Below, one piece after another: positions 28,201 to 40,992 of a stretch of 64,000 nt of DNA. Position numbers and translations under genes: made by a program. This DNA is from Botryllus schlosseri (taxonomy: Eukaryota), in assembly GCA_051294905.1 (NCBI GenBank), contig CM119372.1, forward strand, positions 6,512,001 through 6,576,000, written 5' to 3'. Under the pieces are notes generated by a model. It did no database searches, was not told the DNA's origin, and was given only the letters and a program-made list of their open reading frames with translations. The number at the start of each line of letters is the position of its first letter. Position 1 is the first letter of the stretch.

Positions 28201-28711
28201 TATCTTCGCCTTCCTCTCCCTTGCATAGTGTGACACGGAGGTGGTCAAAGTAGTCAAGAAAGCTACTCAAGTAGAAGTCGAATTAGCGACTAAAATCTAC
28301 TAAAGTACGAGTAGAAGTGGTCCTTTTAAAAGCATCCTAAAGCTAATTCAATTAGAAGTAGCTACGCTAAAATCGACTCAAGTAAGTATGTATAGTTGTG
28401 AAAAGCAGTAGATACGCTCGCATGGGCTGTCAAAAGTAGGAAACTGAACGCATCGGGCCATATTGACTGTGGTGAAACGTGTCATATTGGCGACAATACG
28501 GTAGAAAGGAAACCGTTATACCTCAATGATACTGAATATAACTTTTGCGGAAACATAATACATCTTTTGCATTCTCTACGAGTTGCCGACGATTACCCCT
28601 GACGCGTGTCAGCCGAAAATATTCGGCTTCATTTCAATGTGAATATATACCATTCAATTGTATATTGAAGTTCTGTAGCTCCAACAATCTCTTGAAAGTG
28701 TACTTTTCACT

Positions 28712-28757
<46 letters not shown>

Positions 28758-31700
28758 GGAAGAATAGTAGAAGTATTTCGTTGCTGACCACCTCTGTGTG
28801 ACAACATCGTAATGAGACATTTGCGATCAATGGATCTTCAACACCCCCAGCGATATTCTATAATTTTTATCATCCTGCCTACTGTGGCATTGAATGGCAG
28901 TCCTAAAAATCACCGGCGACCTCCTGCATTTTACCGTTAGCAGTTGCACACATTGTGTTGTCTTACTTCACTTACCGCCCTTTGTATTCTAATATAGAAC
29001 TCTCCAGCACAATCCTGAGTCTCTTCAAGGGTGCACTCGCGACCAGACCCCGCGGCCCATTGTTGTGAGTATAGGTAACAGCCGCAATGCTGAAGTATAG
29101 CATCTGTATAACACTCTGCACAAGTGAATTTCGTGAGGTAACGAGGATGAAATATTGCTAATATATTTGGTATACCATGAAAGCAATTGCGCAGAGTGTA
29201 GTGCTCGAAGTATTTCAACTTTTCTCGTGTCAGGTCACAACGTCCCCACGGCCGCTCCATCAGTTCGCAATCCATGCGATCCAGCTCGATCGATGCCTTC
29301 ATACCGGCTGGAATGGATATACCGAAGTCTTCAACATCTGGCGTGTCCCCGCGTTCGTGGACCTAAATTACATGGTCATGTTTGTGACGTATTGTGAAAG
29401 ATAGAAGTGATGACCCGGGTAACATCTTTCTAGAGCAGAGGTTTCCGGTCTTCCACAATGGGGGTTCCGCGAGTCAATCTGAGGGGCTTCCTGGATGCAA
29501 ATACCCACGCACATATCTTGCATATGATTTGGGCTGGTACGACCGTCTTGACCATGACAGATTGGTGGAGAATATAGTTCCCATTTTGGCCCAAACAGTA
29601 GTCGAATTGTAATTGTTGGGGTCTCGTGCAGTGCCGCATATGCAGGGGAGGTTTGGGTCGAAATCTAAACCTCGTCCTTTTAAAATGCCAATTATATGTC
29701 CAATACGTGTGGCGTAAGCTCATCTGTAATATCACGCTGCTACATTTCGACCGAAAAATATAGACGATGATCTTTTTTCAAGGTGACGCCTCGCATTTCG
29801 GAATCCTTGCAGAAGTCTGATTTGCAATAAATATTCATCATGTTTTTGTTTTGTGTGGTAATGTTTATGGTAATGTAATGTAATGGTGAACTGAGTCGGA
29901 GTCGAAGTCGGTACGTTTAAAGACCCAGGAGTCGGAGTCGGTAGTTTAGAGACTCACACTGTAAAAAATAAAGGTGGGCTAAAATGGAGGTGGAAACCAC
30001 AATTACCACTTTCATGAGAGGTGGGTACATGCCATACACCTCTGAAGAAGGTATAATACCATAATCCCTTTCTTTACGAAAGGTGGGTACATGCCATACA
30101 CCACCGAAGAAGGTATATTATTCTTCCCACTTCCAACAATACATCTTCCACCTGCCTAAACCCTCCTATAGAATGAAGTACTAGCTTTTGTTGCCTCCTC
30201 ACACCCAAACTCCATGGAGCTGTAACGGCGGACGCTCAAATTTATAAGCCGTGGAATGCATATTTTCAGTTTTCACCTTCTTATTAAAATCGTTTTCAAT
30301 ACCAAGCTATTATTGTTGTTGTGACAGTATATATCTTCATCATCATTTGTTTATTAGCAATGAGCTATGAATTCAGTACACCACAAAAATGAGATACAAT
30401 GAAAAGACAGCCGTATAAAGTTTATTCCAAAGTTCTGATATTGTTATGCAGGGTATCGACATAATATTATACTAAATTATGCAACGCATCAGTTATTTGC
30501 GCGGCGATTCCGCGAAGTCAGCTGAGTTTCCACGGGAACCACATTCTCAAGGGAAACCCCGTTCAACCATCGAGTTTCATAAACACCGATGAGCTTATGG
30601 TTCGACTTACATCTTACTATCCTATTCAGTCAATTTCTAGTCTGTACTCGATAATGATAAATATAATATTTATTTGGTGTACTAATTAGTAAGTCGAACA
30701 CAAAAAGCGAAGATATTACTATCTCTATGCTGAGTGATCAGCCATGTCGGTTACGCTTTAATTAATCAGCGGTCTAACCTCGAAGCAGACAGATCGAAGA
30801 GACCGCGTCGGCGGCGCATGTCTTCTCTTGTAGTTCATTGTGAAGCTAATTCTTATGAGTTGTGCCTATTCTTACTACACATGCAATAGTTATACGTTTT
30901 TTAATATGAACCGTTTCTTCCTGTTAAGGAATGCGGTATGAATGCATTCTGTTCTCGCTAGCATATACCCGTATATATAGTTGCTCAACTGTTCATGTCG
31001 TTGTCGGCTGTCTGACGACCGGCCGCCATATTGGAGAATGGACATTACATTACGCCACGTGCAGAAATGGAAGGTGAGACGATAATGGACTAATAAATGG
31101 ATTTTGCATGCTTCAAACTTGCCTTTTCAAACTTACATGCCTAAGTCAGAGTCAGCTTCAAATGCTCAGTTCAGTTGAATTAATTGTTTGAAAATTTTAG
31201 AAGTACCGGTAACTGCAATTTATGGTCATTTTCTAATATGAAACCATGCTATATGGTATATCCAGTAGGGAATTGGTGTATACGCAGCACACTTAGGCGA
31301 CTGACTGGCTGACTATGACTAGTAGCTGGGGCTGGGCCCAATGATTCGAGTAATCGAACCTGAATAGAGGATTAATTCTTATGATTCGAGTCGAGTAGGA
31401 AAATACAATATTTTCAATTTATACCCGAAAATTATAGTTTTGATACTTATTTTCACAGTTGAAGACTTGAAATCTTGATTGGCGTTATCGTAGCCTACGA
31501 AACCAATAGTACAAAAGCTACCAAGGTTACTGGACGTAGCATATTTCCAAAATCATGATCACCCGACAGCATTTTCACCAAGTGGAATGAAATCGGTGAA
31601 GTCGAAAAATACCAAAGCATCTTTCATGTGATGGATAAAAGGCATTAAATTCTTGGTGGTGGCATAAACGGTACATATTTCAACTTTGACATCTAACATT

Positions 31701-34700
31701 CTGTTATGACGTCATAATAAGTGATACTTGATTACTTAACTCGACTCGAAGCATATTACGTGATTCAGAATTGAATCACTCTGGTACTCGATTTTGCCCA
31801 GCCCAACTAAGCATGAAAAGTTCGACTGGCTCACAAAAGCAAAGTAAATCCTATAAATTCAAATCAGCTTATTTTTGCTGCTTCACCTGTTGAAAAAATG
31901 ATTGAGGTTCGGTTTCACAAATTTAATCTCCCAATGAAATTTTTATTCTGTCTCACTGCATATTCCAAATTTCGGCTGCTTTGCAGAAAACTGTTTCGTC
32001 TTCTGTCCCTGAAGACGAGATGAGCAAGATTTCCCATCAACGCGGAATTGGTTGAAAATAGGATTGATAGGATGAAGCGCAGAAGCTGACATCGATGTCC
32101 CGAAGACAAAATGATGGATTGTGATTGGTATGTTTTTCACTTTCTGCTATTATATCTATTACCTGTGTTGTAATAAAGCTGTTGATTTTGACATAAGCAG
32201 TGATCTCTTCAAATAGTGGTATTGAGTATCTAAATTCCGCCTATTAATTGCCTCTCGTGATATAGGCCTATAGAGCGTTCTTCAATCATGTTGCAATTGC
32301 ACGGCATCAATTTTCGCACTGTTTTTGATCTATACTAATACGTCATTACGAAGCGACACGTTGACGCACTCCACTTTGTTGTCTTGTAATGAGTTAATGT
32401 TGACCTGTATGTATTCAGTGATCAACTTGGACTTATAATATATTTTGTTTTACAGCATCTCAATATCTAGACCGGATTGTTTCCATACCTACAATTTTTC
32501 ATAAAGGATATGGCAACTTCTTCCAGGTTGAACAGGTACGGATTTTTATCAAAAACATAAGTACCTGTTTGCTTGAAATTTGGGATGGGAAAAACTATTC
32601 CACTACTGCCACAAAATCGAGCTTCAACTGTGGTTGAGTGGTGGAGATTCGGAGACGATTTGAATACTGAAAATTACGTTTTATAATATCAATTATTGAA
32701 TTATAGTATCAATACATTTCTCTCAATGTGGTGTATGAGTATTGAACCTTTTTTAGTGAGGTGCAAACCTAAAACCGGTGTTTACAAGCCCATGCTCCCT
32801 TTTTCAGCTCGGTCGCATAACCCGCAGTTCTAACTCTGAGTCCGTGAAGCACATCTTTATGGTGTTTGCAGAGCTCTAAATTTTTAACCTGAATGATAAT
32901 ATAATTTGTGATTTTCTGAGCTTGAGTAAAGCATCACTTCGGATATTTCTAGGTTAGTACAGTGTAGAAGTAGTAATTTCAAATCCATGTCAAAGCTACT
33001 TCAAGTGGAAGTAGGAAATGAAGGTCTGCAAAGTACTCGAGTAGTTTGAAAAAGTAAATATCAGCAGTTATCCGAGGTTGCTACTTCAAACTCGCCAAGA
33101 TGTACCAAACTTGCGAAAATGGACTATTGACACGAGGTGGATGGCGGTTGCACTATTATTGAGCATGACTCGGACTAAAACTTGAGGGTGTCTGCACGGA
33201 TGCCTTGATGGTTAAAAAAGGGGTCCGCGCCGACAAACAAAATTGACAGCCACTCTACTGAAGGTTACCGTTCACATTAGCTGATGACTCAAAATGGTCA
33301 TCACTCCCACCTGGCCAAGTCCGCATATGCATTGGCCTATTTGCTATTTGATATCATATGTTGACTGAAAATACGATCCGCAGTGCCCTGCTGCCGGTAT
33401 ATTTCATAAGCTGATTACTGAAAGAACATCAATGTGTATGTTGTGTGTGTGTGTAGGGTATGTTTGACCTGATGTTTCTATCACATAATAATACATTTCT
33501 TTGAGACACCCACATCCGCGTGTCCTACAATTTACTTCGGTACAATGAAGAAAGAGTGGACCGTCTGGTTTGATGTTGAAATGGTGAAGAATATCGAGAG
33601 GCATTTGCAGTGATGCTAGAAATTCATTGGATCTTCGAAATGCAGTTTCTGACTGTCATTTCAGTTTTTCTGGCTCGTTTGCCAGGTGTAAAAGACATCA
33701 GTACTGCAGCTTATGCCAAACTGGATCACATTCGTGACTAATTTGCAAATAAAGTCATTGGAATGAAGGTGATTTAGTGCTTAAAGTGTGGTATATGCTG
33801 TACCTCGAGGATATCCGGGTAGGATGAAGTGGAATCCGGATAGGGCAAGGTGGAAAGTCGCCCACCTCATCATGAGGTGGGAAAATAACCACCATAGGTG
33901 AAATAAGGTGGATAATCTCCCTCCTCTTTTGAAGGTTTTTTTGGAACACCTTAAAAGGTGGGCCCAGTTTTTAGAGTGCAGGAGTCGAAGTCGGTATATT
34001 GAAAATGTGTGGAGCCGGAGTCGGTGGTAAAATTTACCGACTTCACACCCATGGTTATCCCTAACCTGAATCTGAACTCACGCTTAGAGCTAAAGCGGAA
34101 AGAATGTATGTATTCATAACTTAAGGTGGTAATCGAAAACTGAACAACATTTCCTTATTTGTGTGTTTAAAACTGCAACCATTTTTAGCTAATCATCTTT
34201 ATCTACCGAAATTTTTTACAGTATGTGTATATATTCAGTCGATAGCTTAGTTTAATTCATATCGTGGCATACATCCGCAGATATAGTACTGTTTCCGCGT
34301 ACCACCTTTAGGGTGTTATTACACACTCTCTTCGCTAGAGGTGTATCCGAATCGTAACTTGTTCGCTACCTGTATCCTCATTCCGTAATCAAGGATCCCA
34401 TGTATTGGCTCCTCCGTGAATTGATTCGTATGCGCGAATATTGTCACTGACAAGCCATTTCCAGACCCGGCGATGTCTTGGGTCAAAGCTTCATCCCCGA
34501 TGTTGAACGTGTGGCATAATCCAAGGCGAGATAAAACCGGCGTGAAGTCTGCGCCAGTGCAGTGCCTTCCATTGAAGCTGCCAAAAGTCAAGAGGTGAGA
34601 TACCCGGGTTTGAGCTGGAGCCACGTTTTACGAATGACTTGGCGCCACTCAATCACCAACAAAAGTGATCCTTTCAGGGTCATTCCGACGAAGTTTGATT

Positions 34701-37700
34701 GCAAATTGCTTATAAAGTCTGAAAAGTCTCAAATATTATCTCTCCTATATAACAATATAGCAACATCGTTTACATTGAATTATACTACCACACCACTACT
34801 GAATGCCACGTGAACAGATTTATTGAAAGCATATGCGTAATATACACCCGCGCTCAAAGGACTCAAATGTAAAATATTTTATGAGTTGAAATTGACTCGA
34901 AAACGAAAAATTTCAGGTGCTTTGAAATTACACAAGTCACGTTGAAAACCTGGATTACATCTTGACTCGAAATTGTTTTTGAAATGACATGGCTTGACTA
35001 TAGATTCAAACACCCAACTCGAGGTTAGTAAGTGCAATCACAAGATAACCTCAATTTGACTGTAGGGAATCACACTGTCAGGGGCAGTTGTTTACAAGGT
35101 TCGAGTCAATCATTTATCTCAATTGAAAATCGATGATATGGTTCAGAAGTGACATGTAGCCTACTACGCCGTCACGGAATCTAAGCGATATACGACCTTC
35201 TGGCATGAAGCCACAGCACCTGCAGATTTGCTATAAACCGATGCCTTGAAGTTCAAGACCATAACATGCGTCGCGGACAACTTTTTAAATATCGTAGAGG
35301 CCGCGTGAATTCAATATCGAGATAAAATAGGCCATACAGTTTAGCAACCATATTTTAAAACTTTACGTCAATACAGCGCTGTGCTCTCTAACATGGGCGA
35401 CGAGGATAGTTATTACAAAATAAATAATATTTTACTAAAATACAAATACAACAACAAAATATCTTGATCATCGCTGTCATTCAATTTTAAACTATGTGCT
35501 GCGCACGATACTCAACAACACTTTTCAGCGACCAAAGAATCGATATTGTGGTTAGCTAGACACGTTATTTTCAGGAAAACGACCTCCTCGTAAATCCTGA
35601 TCCTGTGGGAAAGCCCCAAGTCGTTTACGAAGTGTCTCGGTCAGGGGTGGCCAACCTTTCTGCCATTCACGGCCGCATTTCGAATACTCATGTAGCCTAC
35701 CGTCGCATTCCAGGACATATAGTCGTAATGAACTAACTGGACGCCATATACCATGTAAAGTGTATATGTACATTTCTAGTGAACTCCGGAAATATTTATC
35801 TACCCTATAGGCTTACTATACGCACCGAAATCGCGTCATGTTATTGGAAAAATTTTCTGATTCACCAATAAATTTCGTCATTAATAGCCTATTCGTAGCA
35901 TTACAAATTACAATAAAAAATTTATCCTTTCTCAGCCCATGTGATCAGATTCACCGGTAAAGTTGATGAAGGGGGCGTTTTCGAAAATTTAGGGCAAGTA
36001 ATAAATGATGATGTATCTTCGGGTGGGTCAATTTTATTAGTCACTTTGTTGCATGCTGTTATTTATTGATCTCTCATCAGGATTGTAGGTAAAGGGATGA
36101 GCACACGATTCCGAGTTAGTTTCTATATCATTTTGTATATTATCGCATCGTTTTCCTCTGCTCTTTGCATCGGTACTGTGGGGCTCTGATTGAAAAGGGC
36201 GCTATAACATATTAAAATCGGAAAATGAAGTCCTATTGAAACCCGCGCAGCGGGAAAAAAAATTCAAGGTTAGTTAGATTCTCTCAAGAAATCAGAAGTC
36301 AATTCGTAAATTCAAATTGTATGTCGACGGCCGCCAACACATACTAATTGTATACAATAATATATATATATTGAAGTTATGTACCTCCAAGAAGCTCTTC
36401 TAATTGAATTACGTGTCCATGGTCGCACGAATTGCCTTTTACGGCCGCAAGTTGGCCGCCCCTGGTCTCGGTCTTGGCAGTGTCTGGGCCATTGCACGCT
36501 AAGGCAATATGCCCAATTGCCCATTCATATCCTCTAATTCTTCCTCTATGGAATGCAATTACCATCGCCGAAGCCGTATCAGCTCGTGAGGAATAATGAT
36601 GTTGAGCACATCAGAATAGCTCGTTTTGAACAACAACAATATTTTGAAACTGAAATACACATCAGCATTTCAAAATGCTTTACTATTAAGCGTTCTCCCG
36701 AAATCTCAAATCGGGTCGCGGGCTGTAAAATATGACCTCGCGAGACGCGTGTTGGTGACCCATAGCTTAGAACTTATGTTCAGAAAGATGGTGATATTGA
36801 AAACATCGTAACTCACCTGCAATAAGGCATGGAATATTGATCGATCCTGAATCCCCGCGTCGTTAGCAATCGTGTCGTATTCGCATCTGGATCTAAGAGA
36901 GTGACTTTGGTGACGTTGAGCGTAATGTTCTGGTGTAAATTTTGCGCGATCGTCGCTGGTGATATCAGTTGATTAAAAGTATGTATCGACTCCAGGACTT
37001 GCGGATCATCAGTGTAACTGTAAATTCTGAAGCAAGTTCAGAAGAGTTATCGCCGTGACGGTAGTATAATTAAAAATCACCGACTCCCATTACCTGTTAA
37101 AACTGCACATTGTCACGGCAGGAAACGGCATCGACATTTCGTATTCCTCAGTTATGGATGTGACGGTGTCTCTGAGAAGATATTCCCCTACCCGCGCTCC
37201 GACGTGATATACCAATACGAACGCCATCCCTGCATATGAGAGAGCAATCATATATCAGAAACATATCATGTGACTCCGGTGCTGCCAGGGTTACGGCATG
37301 TTGAATTCGGCACTTGGTTAATCAGGCATTAGAAATGTGTAACTATCATTATAATGAAAGTACTGCATCAATATTATATTCAGCAATTAGAAGATCAACC
37401 TTTCACTGACTATGAGAGGTATTTGGTGACATAGGCTACGGTACTTGGTAATTCGGCATGTTGACTTTGGCAATTTGTATACATTTATTGAATAATTGAA
37501 TAATTAATATATTCGGGTTAGATTAGTATTTAGGTTATGGTTGGTTCAAGCATTGGGGTTGGTATTTGGTAGGGTTGCCATACGTCCAGAATTTCCCGGA
37601 CCTGTCCGGAATTTCACTGTTCAAACTAGCGTCCGGGAGGAATTTCTAAAATATGGCAAATGTCCGGAATTTTGAAGACTTGACGTATAGGCTCATAGTT

Positions 37701-39642
37701 TTTTTGTAAATCAGCATAACAACAATATTTTCTGGGAATGTTTATGCTGATGCATGATATTTTTCTTCGAGCTGCGCGCGATTTACTATCACATTTATTG
37801 ATTTTAATATGGAGACTACCATCCCTCGCAAAACTGCAATAGGATATAAATAAAAACAACCTTCGCCTTTACTGGAGCAAGCCTTATTGTAATCGCAATT
37901 ATATAGGAGAACGGTACATTCCTAGAGATCGTTAAGGCCGTTTAAATGCTTTATTCAAAGATAGTGGTTGCAAACGGGGGGGGGGGGGTCGTTTGCCTTT
38001 ATTCTGGGGTTTGCGAATATGTTGAACGTAATCAGCTTCCAAAATAGCCCGTGAGTAAGTCCGGGCAAAGGTACTGACTTCTTTTAGTAACCATAAAAGG
38101 TTAGAAACCACAAGACGTGGGGTGTTTATAAAGCTCCGTGGGGCACACCGGCATAAGACTGATAAACAGTCTTATCGGTAGGACATGAGCATGACTTAAC
38201 GATGTGCAATTACGCTCCCAGTATTTTCGAACTCATCATCGTCCACCAACTCTACCGCTAACTCTGATCAAGTGGGCGGAGAGTGGTATCTATAGTAATA
38301 TATGGAGCATCCAATATTATTGACAGAATTCTTTCAAATAATTTAACGACCAGATGTATATAGACACCAGATTCATATAGAAAGCAACCCCCCCCCCCCC
38401 CCCCCCAGAAGTTGCATCGATCACCCTATAGTGTGGACTCAAAATCATTGTTTATTTGGGAGGGAAGTGGGCTGAAAACGTGTTCTTTCGGTCCCGGTTA
38501 CACGACACACAACCACATACTCCTGAACCGGATCGTGACCACCTCTGGTCGATGAGCAAAGCTTTGCTATTATGACGTCATAACTCATTTTGAAATCCAC
38601 TAGTGGGCGCTAAAGAGTGGCCGGAATTTTGGTTGCAGAAATATGGTATTTGGGCTGGGACCGTAGCCAGAGGGAGGCAAAGTGCACTCTTGTCGTCAAA
38701 CGGTTTTATATGTCCCGTACCAACCCGTACTGCATTGCTGGAATAAATGCACCAGACGGTTTATCATTTTGCTTGCATACGGTATGGTTTGTTTATGTTG
38801 ATATTAGGAAGCTATGATCACACGCAAATCATGCGTATCGTCCGTACCAGTAAAAACAGTTATTGTCACACTTACACATTTCATCACAGGTAATTCTACT
38901 ATACTTTGTGGCGATTTGCTATACAGGGTTGTGATATGTTTTGTTAGGTAATATAGAGTAGGCCACGACTTCCCAACCTTCTTGTCTCTGCGGACCCACC
39001 CACGAGTGAAGACGATCCTATCAAAGCACTCATTTGAACCTGCATTCAAAATGAAATAGTTTCATCTGGAACGAATTTACGAGGCGATCGCTAGATCAAG
39101 GAGAACCCTCGGCTTGTTTTATGAAAAGCAATGAGAAGGCTCAATGGTGGATTACTTTACTAGTAGATTGAAGCAATACATTCCACTTCGCACTCGATTA
39201 GATAGGTTTATCACAATTTTAAAGATGCAGCATGAGAACAGATGGAGCGAAATATTTTACGTCGCCTTGAGTTTTAACTTGTGCCCACAAACAACTACTG
39301 CGAGCCTCAATTCGGAATACAGGCATTAACCGCACAGTTGTGAATATTCCTGCCCAAAATTCCCTGCATTAACCAGATTGACGAAAAACACTTATGCCAC
39401 AAACCGATTAGGAGAAAAATCCACAACCATTTTGTCGTCCGTGATTTGCTACTGTAGCAAAATATCACCCCGTGCATTGTTGTCGATGTCGCAAACTCTT
39501 CCGTTGCATCAGGCTCATTTTCGCCATCGAAATCTGCATTTTCATCGGAGTCAGATGGCCGTTGCTGCGACTGATCTTTCACGTTGGAATAAAAATCACA
39601 TTCCAATTTGGTTTCTGGTTCCTTCATGTTCTCACACACCAT
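25275..39642 (-). CDS. DEG/ENaC/ASIC-superfamily ion channel subunit, paralogue C (9 exons, about 497 aa)
   Basis: Exons: 39642-39405, 37229-37094, 37026-36817, 34577-34370, 29362-29176, 29115-28976, 28175-28068, 26146-26014, 25408-25275 (1494 nt, all GT-AG, in frame). Motifs: FATSTTMHG, MPFPAVTMCSFNR, GLCHTFN, GSGNGLSV, RPWGRC, SSLISDIGGQLGLWLGMSAITAVE. Confidence 0.93.
26469..27092. mobile_element. PIF/Harbinger-like (Tourist-type) MITE
   Basis: TIRs gggcgcagataataaagt / actttattatctccgccc flanked by tta / tga (TNA-type 3-bp target). Confidence 0.65.
27140..27697. mobile_element. hAT MITE (CAGGGTTGTAA TIR, GACTCG repeats)
   Basis: TIRs cagggttgtaa / ttacaaccctg, perfect TSD cttcgata. Confidence 0.9.
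28236..28796. mobile_element. hAT MITE (CAGAGGTGGTCA family) containing (TC)20
   Basis: cggaggtggtcaa / tgaccacctctg with tgtgaca on both flanks. Confidence 0.75.
28715..28754. repeat. (TC)20 microsatellite
   Basis: Read directly from the sequence. Confidence 0.95.
29957..33978. mobile_element. CACTA/EnSpm-like non-autonomous DNA transposon (about 4.0 kb) nested in a GGAGTCG-repeat MITE
   Basis: Termini CACTGTAAAAA / TTTTTAGAGTG with 2-bp TSD CA. AGGTGG-rich subterminal repeats at both ends, including a duplicated aggtgggtacatgccatacac..gaagaaggtata. It splits a ggagtcggagtcg MITE (about 29893-29956 and 33979-34052). Confidence 0.75.
31327..31806. mobile_element. MITE nested inside the EnSpm-like element
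   Basis: tggggctgggc / gcccagccca inverted ends. Related to 10703-11023. Confidence 0.65.
35642..36464. mobile_element. hAT MITE (CAGGGGTGGCCAAC TIR)
   Basis: TIRs caggggtggccaac / gttggccgcccctg, perfect TSD gtctcggt. Confidence 0.9.
37570..38650 (+). mobile_element. MITE (TAGGGTTGCCATA end, TCCGG repeats) containing G13 and C19 runs
   Basis: Left end tagggttgccatacgtcc. Homologous to the inverted copy at about 1050-2110. Poly-G at 37976-37988 and poly-C at 38388-38406. Confidence 0.65.
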
Positions 39643-39912
39643 TGTCACCCTTTGTTATAGTCATTACAATTAATATTAATTGATATCAACTGTGTGGCGC
39701 AGCGACATATGTCAACATCTCAGTGTTCAATCTGTTCATTTACCCTATCGATAATAATTTCTAGACTGCTGACCAAGTATATATTCATGGATATGAAGAT
39801 AGTATGCTATAATCTAGCAACTCTGCAACTGCAGGCGGCTGAAAGCTATACGCTTCGTTCTTTCCATGTCAATGCTAGCAAAGTATGAAATATACAATAC
39901 ATGTATAGTTGC

Positions 39913-40884
39913 CAGTGTTGGGATCGAGTCACTACCTTCGAGTCACGAGTCATTTCGAGTCATTGCACATTTTGACTCGAGTGAAGTCAAGTCAATCGAT
40001 TTTCGAAGGTGACTCGAGTCAAGTCAAGTCACTCGAATTTTGGAGGTGACTCGAGTCAAGTCGAGTCAAGTCAAGTCAAGTCACGAGTCAAGTCACAATT
40101 AAAGTCAAGTTGCCTTTTGGAAGTATGAGGCATGCTTACGTCATTGCATTTTGCTAGCTGTCTGAAATACAGAGTGAGTGGTTATTGATTCTGGACCTAT
40201 GAACGAATATAGAGTTAAATATAAACGCAAGAAGGCGCTTTATTACTCACATATACGTAGAAATGCATAACTACGTAGGTATAATTGCATAGCCTCTGAT
40301 TATAGTTACCAGCCAATATAGAGAAACGAGTTGATAAGATGCAATACATTACCCATTTACAAATTAATATGATACAATTCCAGCCTGCGCCGATGGTTGA
40401 GGGCTGTATAAATTATATTTGAATTCAATTTCAATAAAACAGGAGGCTTGGTTAAGTTACGATAACAGAGAACAGAAATATACATTTTGCGATTAAATTA
40501 CTTTACTATACTAGTTTACGACAACGTAAGCTGTAAGCTTCGATCATTTCGTTTGCGATCAATTTATTTGTGAGGGAACAATAGAGGCTCAGTAAAACGC
40601 ACGATCATTGAATGATTGGTCGCTCTCATGGGTTACACCATCATTTCGCGTACAATCCGAACATATGCAAGATACAATGATTATTATCAACATAGATTGC
40701 TTGATGACTCGAAATTGACTCGTAAATTTTGCTCCGAGTCACGAGTCAATCCACATTTGTGATACGCCGAGTCAAGTCAAGTCAAGTCATTTTAGCAAAG
40801 TGACTCGAGTCAAGTCAAGTCATACGAAAAAGGTGACTCGAGTCTGACTCGAGTCAAGTCATGATTCGAGTCATCCCAACACTG
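39913..40884 (-). mobile_element. hAT MITE family A, inverted, between channel C and FoxH1
   Basis: TIRs cagtgttgggat / atcccaacactg, perfect TSD atagttgc. Reverse-complement homologue of 6426-7364. Confidence 0.93.
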
Positions 40885-40992
40885 ATAGTTGCTATACAGA
40901 TACACATATATGCCTGCATAAACTCATTTCTACGGCCTGTCTAATATCCATTTGTCAAGATTTAGAAAAGGTTGAACTGTGGGACTGTTGGA

